A program made the position numbers and the translations under genes. This document shows, in pieces, positions 27,601-32,000 of a stretch of 32,000 bases of DNA. The stretch lies in the NCBI RefSeq assembly GCF_043950625.1, contig NZ_CP171007.1. One strand, given 5' to 3'. The notes beneath the pieces were generated by a model. That model ran no database searches, was not told the origin of the DNA, and was given only the letters and a program-made list of their open reading frames with translations. This stretch comes from Alkanindiges sp. WGS2144 (GTDB lineage Bacteria; Pseudomonadota; Gammaproteobacteria; Pseudomonadales; Moraxellaceae). Each line of letters begins with the position of its first letter. Positions within the stretch are counted from its first letter, which is position 1.

Positions 27601-30600
27601 TGCCTGCGCAAGCGATTGATGCGACCTTTACTGAATATCTGCTTAATGCTCATTTTGCCCTGACAGGTATTTTTGATGCCTTGGCCGCCGGGCAAAAGCC
27701 AACCCTGGATATTAAAGTGCTTGAAGACTTAAGTGATATTCTGGCACATGAGTTTGATATACCTGTTGAGCAGCCTGCTGCTGTTGGTACTACTGTGGCT
27801 GCAACCCGGCCACAACGGACAGCAAGAACCATTGATGATCAGGCTGATGAAGAACTGCTTGAAATCTTTATGGAAGAAGCAGAAGAGCTGATTGGTGAAA
27901 TTGAGCATAGCTTTAGCGAGTGGCAGCATAACCCGACAGATATTGAGCCACTAAAAATATTACAGCGTCACTTGCACACCCTAAAAGGTGGTGCACGCAT
28001 GGCACAGGTTAGCAGCCTGGGTGATTTTGGCCATGAGCTGGAAACCGTGTATGAAAGACTGGTGAATGGCACATTAAGCTCAACACCGGCGCTGGTTCAG
28101 TTCATGCGTCATGCCCAGGATATTGTGGCTGAGCAGGTTGAGCAGTTAAGTACTGAGCAGACTTCTTTCTTTGCTGAAGATGAATTTCAGGTTTTACAGC
28201 GCTATCTGGCCACTGGAGACGATAGCGAACTTAGCCAGCCAGGTAGTCAGCAGGTTGGGGCTGAGCCTACAGCAGCATTAGTGGATACAGCTGCCCTTGT
28301 TGAGCCAGCAACCGAGCAATTTGAGCCTGAGCAACTGGAAAAATCTGTAGCAACAGCAGATCTTGCAAGAATGGCCGATGAAGGGGATATCAGCAAGCCA
28401 GCTACGCCTACTCAACCAGTAATAGCATCTGCACCAACCTTAGCCAGTGCGCGTTATCAGTATGCAACTTCCCGAGCATGGACAGATGAAAACCGTCCAG
28501 AACCTGAAATACTGAAGCTGTTTCTGGAAGAGGCTCAAGAGCAAGTGGGGCATAGCAGTCAGCTTTTGCAGCAATGGCTAAAAGATACCCGGGAAAAACG
28601 GCCTTTGCTGGAGTTACAGCGCAGCCTGCATACCCTAAAAGGCGGGGCACGTATGGCTGGAATCTCAGTGCTGGGTGATTTTTCCCATGAACTGGAATTT
28701 GTCTATGAAGAGCTGGCGACCTCCCAGAAGCCTGTACCTGCCCTGGCTGGCAAGTTACTACAGTTTTGCCACGACTGGCTAAGCGATGCCATTGAAGTGC
28801 TGGAAAGTCAGCAGGAACCGCTTGAGCCTGTCGCTTTGATCCAGAGCTTGCAACTGCTACGCAAAGACCCTGACAGCTTGACCAGCTTGCCGCGTTTTGA
28901 TGTGCAGCAACAGCAGTTCCAGCAGGAACCAAGTACGCAAACCCTGTTTGAGCAGGAAAGCCTGTTTGAGATACACGGTGATGGCTCAGAGCCGCCACCT
29001 ATGCTGGGGCTATTTGGTCAGCAACATGCAGAGCAGGTTGCCAGTGCCAATGAAATGATCCGTGTTTCTGCCAGCATGATGGAAAAAATGATTAACCTTG
29101 CTGGTGAAACTGCCATTAACCGTGGCCGTATTGAAATGGGGGTCAACAATATTGGCTTTGTGCTGGATGAGATGGGCTTGACCATTCAGCGTTTGGCGGA
29201 ACAGTTACGTCGTATGGAGGGTGAACTGGAATCCCAGATTCTGGCCCGCCATGAGCAGGAGCGTGGACAGTATCTGGATTTTGATCCGTTAGAAATGGAT
29301 CAATATTCTGCCCTGAACCAGCTGTCCAAATCGTTGGCGGAATCCGCTTCGGACTTGGTAGACTTTAAAAATACCTTAAAAGATAAATTGCGTGATACCG
29401 AAAACCTGTTATTGCAACAGTCCCGTACCCAATCGGAGCTTCAGGACGGATTAATGAATTCGCGTCTGGTTCCTTTCTCGCGATTATTGCCACGCTTGCA
29501 ACGCATTGTGCGCCAGACATCTACAGAGCTGGGTAAGCCAGCCGAATTAACGATTCAAAATGCTGAAGGTGAGCTGGATCGTACGATTCTTGACCGTATT
29601 GTTGCACCACTGGAACACATGCTGCGTAATGCGGTTGACCATGGTCTGGAAACTGCCGAACAGCGGCAGGCTGCCAATAAACCTGCAATTGGCCAGATTA
29701 GCCTGAATGTCGAACGGCAGGGTAATGAAATTATTATTACCCTTGACGATGATGGCCGGGGGATTAATGTTCAGGCAGTACGCAAAAAAGCCATTGAGCG
29801 TGGCCTGATTGCGGCAGATTCCAAGCTCAGTGACTACGATGTCATGCAGTTTATTTTTAATGCTGGTCTGACCACCGCGGAGAAAGTGACCCAGATTTCT
29901 GGCCGTGGCGTTGGCATGGATGTGGTACAAAGTGAAATTAAACTACTGGGTGGTACGGTAAGTGCAGATTCTACACCAGGGCAAGGTACCCGTTTTACCT
30001 TGCGCCTACCACTTACTGTAGCAGTAACAGATGCCTTGATGGTGCGTGTGGCAGAACGCCAGTTTGCTATTCCACTGGCTCATATTGAGCGTATTGTCCG
30101 GGTATCTCCGGTGGCGCTGGAGCAATATTACCATAGCAATAATGAGCAATTTGATATTGATGGCCAGTCCTATCGATTAAGGTATTTGGGCGAGTTTACA
30201 CAGGGTATCAAAGCGCCTCACCTACAGTCGCAAAGTATGTCTTTACCCGTACTGCTGGTGAAGAGCATGGGTAAGTTCACCGCAATTCAGGTTGACCAGC
30301 TGGTGGGTTCCCGCTCAGAAATTGTCGTTAAACCGGCAGGGCAGCAACTGACCTCTATCGATATGATCTCTGGTGCCACCATTCTTGGTGATGGCTCGGT
30401 CAGTATCATTCTGGATGCACAGGCTTTGGCGCGTCGCGCAGCGGCAACCGAGCGTATGCAGGTGATTCCAGCTCAGGAAACTGCGTCCGTAACTAGCCGT
30501 GCTGATCATAGAAAACAACTGGTCATGGTAGTTGATGATTCTGTAACGGTGCGTAAGGTAACCACACGCTTGCTGGAACGTCAGGGTTATGAAGTGGTCA

Positions 30601-30890
30601 CGGCCAAAGATGGTGTGGACGCCATAGAAAAACTGGAAGAAGTCACCCCGGATATCATGCTGCTGGATATTGAAATGCCGCGCATGGATGGTTTTGAGGT
30701 GGCAAATCTGGTACGACACAATGACCGTATTAGTGAGTTGCCTATTATCATGATTACTTCAAGAACCGGCGAGAAGCACCGTGAGCGTGCTTTCTTGACA
30801 GGAGTGAACTGCTACATGGGCAAACCTTTCCAGGAACTGGAATTATTGCAGAATATTGAAGAGCTGCTTGAAACTGCCAGTAATGGTTAG
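24696..30890 (+). CDS. chpA: Multi-Hpt CheA-type hybrid histidine kinase ChpA
   Basis: About 2060 aa. Four canonical Hpt motifs have their His codons at 26544 (SFHTLKGSGRMVG), 27081 (ALHTLRGSAAMSN), 27975 (HLHTLKGGARMAQ) and 28629 (SLHTLKGGARMAG). An N-terminal FimL/ChpA-like Hpt has its His at 24846 (LHQVSGTL). The CheA dimerisation and HATPase core is present (HMLRNAVDHG, DDGRGI, GRGVGMD). A CheW-like domain follows. The C-terminal receiver (VMVVDDS; DIMLLDIEMPRMDG) has its Asp codon at 30666. The start is ambiguous: ATG 24666, 24696 (AGGA upstream, no overlap with pilK) or 24738 (MALSWV...). The track start is TTG 24642. Confidence 0.93.
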   Translation: MSVSRQDNTQQSAMALSWVIDSLDETLLDARKLVQAAKQPEQLKEASQLLHQVSGTLTMAELPDPLILSESLEQLALAMAARKIALNHSQELVNGIDTLKHELHRLHQAKRLQPLTIYRAVRQVRALLEAQKLSTSKTYPKIDYNLLMVPNQVQSPLNEESWRQATSAYRHLLNEFFLNPKEQATLEGLYKVAGYFAAGAGTVQQAGLWRVLCKLHQAMLEHKVDVSTAALKQNLVRLERMLAQERFDEGVLYELLELLEQFDLDHEFSLHQQAVSAALGENSITSPLVLDKILLLVQEARASLSEHTVDQFQIKRLLSEAIHLLELTGWRGTSQRLEQAIGYINQPEQKTAAIDSLEKIEIELKQLVLAFKSQAHADNGLDDQSFVEDAHSAVVRESRVALESIKSMFFAYSSSRQDKAQLADLPARFESLKGIFVFLGLERAAELTASLLKVLNLTLFKKDYILSRTQIDLIAQNIASLEYYLDQLAAHFHDDQILDKFAQSLEKITQSTEDEPIVLVGGQKIFHDKTPVELLSSIEGLAMAEQMPTNNQVASPGHQAILEISLPADDFTQDDDIREIFVEEATEVLESLQENVPQWIAQLQNLEILKEIRRSFHTLKGSGRMVGAFVSGEFAWSIENMLNRVLDNTISVQPVMIQLISEAIANYPQLVEDFSRKQTTHFEVRPYIYIANALSKGEDIAVEDLPWNQTQESEAAQFADDDQSSGIEQSVASPAHQEKTEEQHTAAIDNDSEQEDQEGLSIFVEEAEEHIETLHAFIEEQDEYDEVPDQVIRALHTLRGSAAMSNVDAICQLAAAVEDEFKRLIRLHQPVSKDHITFLEQLVQCVGFHLEALEQGKQLPLEEQDVVLIDQVAQFTAQAAGDGMQDSSKPAGVQRMGLVTHLLDLSLDELLDAEYELEDKLASGQVSEYFELLGKQSQQLYEASMETPVSVLQQLTQYLCNVYHKLSSVPAQAIDATFTEYLLNAHFALTGIFDALAAGQKPTLDIKVLEDLSDILAHEFDIPVEQPAAVGTTVAATRPQRTARTIDDQADEELLEIFMEEAEELIGEIEHSFSEWQHNPTDIEPLKILQRHLHTLKGGARMAQVSSLGDFGHELETVYERLVNGTLSSTPALVQFMRHAQDIVAEQVEQLSTEQTSFFAEDEFQVLQRYLATGDDSELSQPGSQQVGAEPTAALVDTAALVEPATEQFEPEQLEKSVATADLARMADEGDISKPATPTQPVIASAPTLASARYQYATSRAWTDENRPEPEILKLFLEEAQEQVGHSSQLLQQWLKDTREKRPLLELQRSLHTLKGGARMAGISVLGDFSHELEFVYEELATSQKPVPALAGKLLQFCHDWLSDAIEVLESQQEPLEPVALIQSLQLLRKDPDSLTSLPRFDVQQQQFQQEPSTQTLFEQESLFEIHGDGSEPPPMLGLFGQQHAEQVASANEMIRVSASMMEKMINLAGETAINRGRIEMGVNNIGFVLDEMGLTIQRLAEQLRRMEGELESQILARHEQERGQYLDFDPLEMDQYSALNQLSKSLAESASDLVDFKNTLKDKLRDTENLLLQQSRTQSELQDGLMNSRLVPFSRLLPRLQRIVRQTSTELGKPAELTIQNAEGELDRTILDRIVAPLEHMLRNAVDHGLETAEQRQAANKPAIGQISLNVERQGNEIIITLDDDGRGINVQAVRKKAIERGLIAADSKLSDYDVMQFIFNAGLTTAEKVTQISGRGVGMDVVQSEIKLLGGTVSADSTPGQGTRFTLRLPLTVAVTDALMVRVAERQFAIPLAHIERIVRVSPVALEQYYHSNNEQFDIDGQSYRLRYLGEFTQGIKAPHLQSQSMSLPVLLVKSMGKFTAIQVDQLVGSRSEIVVKPAGQQLTSIDMISGATILGDGSVSIILDAQALARRAAATERMQVIPAQETASVTSRADHRKQLVMVVDDSVTVRKVTTRLLERQGYEVVTAKDGVDAIEKLEEVTPDIMLLDIEMPRMDGFEVANLVRHNDRISELPIIMITSRTGEKHRERAFLTGVNCYMGKPFQELELLQNIEELLETASNG

Positions 30891-30932
30891 GTTTGGGTTT
30901 AAAACTGCGATACGGTCTGTTGTAGTAAACTG

Positions 30933-31910
30933 ATGACTCCAAAGTTAATCATCATTGCTGATGATGCACGACAACGCCATGCGCTGACTGATGTCAGCCA
31001 GTCTTGTGGTTTTGAAGTACTGCATTGCCTGGCGTCGCGGCAACTCAGTGCAGAACAGCTGAATCACCAGCCAGATTTATGGATCATCGACGTTGAAAAA
31101 GAAGATGATTTACTGGAAGTCATTGGCTTTGATCAGCCTTTTTTAGTCGGGCTTACTACCGCACCATCGTTTACCGAGCAGGTGATGTATAAGCGCTGGA
31201 AGCAGGCAGTGAGCCGCAAGCTGCTTAAGTTGTTGAGTAATGATGTTCCTATTCTAACCAACCGGGTAGTATCAGGTCTTACTCATGGCCGGGTAACGCC
31301 AAGTAAGGTTTTACCTGATGCCTGGCGGGTAGTATTGCTGGCGGCCTCAATGGGTGGCTTAGAAGCGGTTAAAGCGTTTCTGGATCAGTTGCCTACTGAT
31401 TTACCTGTGGTTTTTTTACTGGTACAGCATATTGATCCTTATATGCAGGTACAGCTTCCCCGGATTTTAAGTCGGCATAATCAATGGCCTATTGTCATAC
31501 TGGACGAACCGATAGAACAGCTAGAATGTAGCAAGGTATATATTGTGCCAGCGCTTCATCAGATCAGTTTTACGCAGCATGGTGGCGTGCAGCTATTGTC
31601 GGAAAACTGGCCCGGTGCTTACCAGCCGTCTATTACCGAAATGATGCATCGTGCCAGTAATCTATTCAGGCAACAATTGCTGACTGTTGTTTTTAGTGGG
31701 ATGGGTGATGATGGCAGCCATTCAGCAGCGCACCAGATTGCCTGTGGTGGTATGATTTGGGCACAGATTGCTGATAGTTGTGCCTGTCCAAGCCAGCCAG
31801 ACCAGATGCGTGCCACAGGGCAGGTTAGTTTTAACGCTACACCGGAAGGGCTGGCAGAGCAACTTATGAATGAATATCAACAAAGCAGGGAGAAAAGCTG
31901 TGAAGGCTAA
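30933..31910 (+). CDS. chpB: CheB-type chemoreceptor methylesterase ChpB
   Basis: 325 aa. The N-terminal receiver-like domain has IIIADDA and DLWIIDVE. The C-terminal CheB catalytic domain has its triad context (LLAASMGGLEAV, LLVQHI, SGMGDDGS). It follows chpA as in P. aeruginosa. Confidence 0.85.
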   Translation: MTPKLIIIADDARQRHALTDVSQSCGFEVLHCLASRQLSAEQLNHQPDLWIIDVEKEDDLLEVIGFDQPFLVGLTTAPSFTEQVMYKRWKQAVSRKLLKLLSNDVPILTNRVVSGLTHGRVTPSKVLPDAWRVVLLAASMGGLEAVKAFLDQLPTDLPVVFLLVQHIDPYMQVQLPRILSRHNQWPIVILDEPIEQLECSKVYIVPALHQISFTQHGGVQLLSENWPGAYQPSITEMMHRASNLFRQQLLTVVFSGMGDDGSHSAAHQIACGGMIWAQIADSCACPSQPDQMRATGQVSFNATPEGLAEQLMNEYQQSREKSCEG

Positions 31911-32000
31911 TGCAAATTATCAGGATGCTAGTCATACCATGAGCTTGCTCACGACAACCACAGGCTTTGTCGATGTGTACATGATCGAGGCGCATGATCA
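31900..32000 (+). CDS. Possible 5' end of the next chp gene (a CheW-like ChpC is expected by synteny), truncated by window edge
   Basis: The frame is open from GTG 31900, which overlaps the chpB stop, or from ATG 31939 (MSLLTTTTGFVDVYMIEAHD...), through the end of the window. Only about 20-33 codons are visible, so the identity rests on synteny alone. Confidence 0.3.
   Translation, partial: MKANANYQDASHTMSLLTTTTGFVDVYMIEAHD

Noticed and set aside
26671-30719. Several antisense ORFs inside chpA (for example 28408-28998, 196 aa; 26808-27260, 150 aa; 29547-29930; 30315-30719)
   Set aside because: All are embedded in the strongly supported chpA frame. Their compositions are odd (Cys/His/Arg-rich or low complexity) and there is no motif support. 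They are most simply a by-product of codon bias in a 6-kb gene.
1-32000. Looked for CRISPR arrays, IS elements or transposases, integrases, prophage genes, toxin-antitoxin pairs and known defence-system signatures
   Set aside because: No direct-repeat/spacer periodicity, terminal inverted repeats, DDE/tyrosine/serine recombinase motifs or defence-type ATPase/nuclease ORFs were seen in any frame. The accessory-looking block (8.8-20 kb) consists of individually ordinary genes in mixed orientation rather than a coherent operon.

Overview
Chromosomal window from a gammaproteobacterium. GC looks like roughly 45% by eye. Gene content and order resemble Moraxellaceae/Pseudomonadales, but I cannot verify the taxon without a search. 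There are three blocks. (1) nt 1-8760 holds the conserved envelope-biogenesis cluster cdsA(partial)-dxr-rseP-bamA-skp-lpxD-fabZ-lpxA on the + strand, with tight or overlapping gene junctions. (2) nt 8.8-20.1 kb is a mixed-orientation block. It contains a SIMPL/DUF541 periplasmic protein, a GAF-GGDEF diguanylate cyclase, a short divergent CysH-like PAPS reductase and dinB. It also contains a COG4339-type HD phosphohydrolase, an MBL-fold hydrolase, a two-gene RND efflux operon (adaptor + pump, no outer-membrane factor or regulator) and a secreted coiled-coil hypothetical. (3) nt 20.4-32.0 kb is a P. aeruginosa-type Pil-Chp type IV pilus chemosensory cluster: pilG-pilH-pilI-pilJ-pilK-chpA-chpB, plus the probable first codons of the next gene. 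I saw no rRNA, tRNA, CRISPR array, IS element, integrase or recognisable defence island. I cannot support a claim of a novel protein-coding system here. The most interesting signal is non-coding. The 392-bp gap at 13593-13984 carries, on the minus strand, a ~135-nt region with seven GGA motifs, six of them AGGA. Three of the GGA motifs sit in hairpin loops. The region ends in a strong rho-independent terminator and lies about 65 nt downstream of a near-perfect GacA/UvrY box (TGTAAG-N6-CGTACA). This is the signature of a Csr/Rsm-family CsrA-titrating sRNA. All homology statements come from recognising protein motifs by eye; no database search was run.
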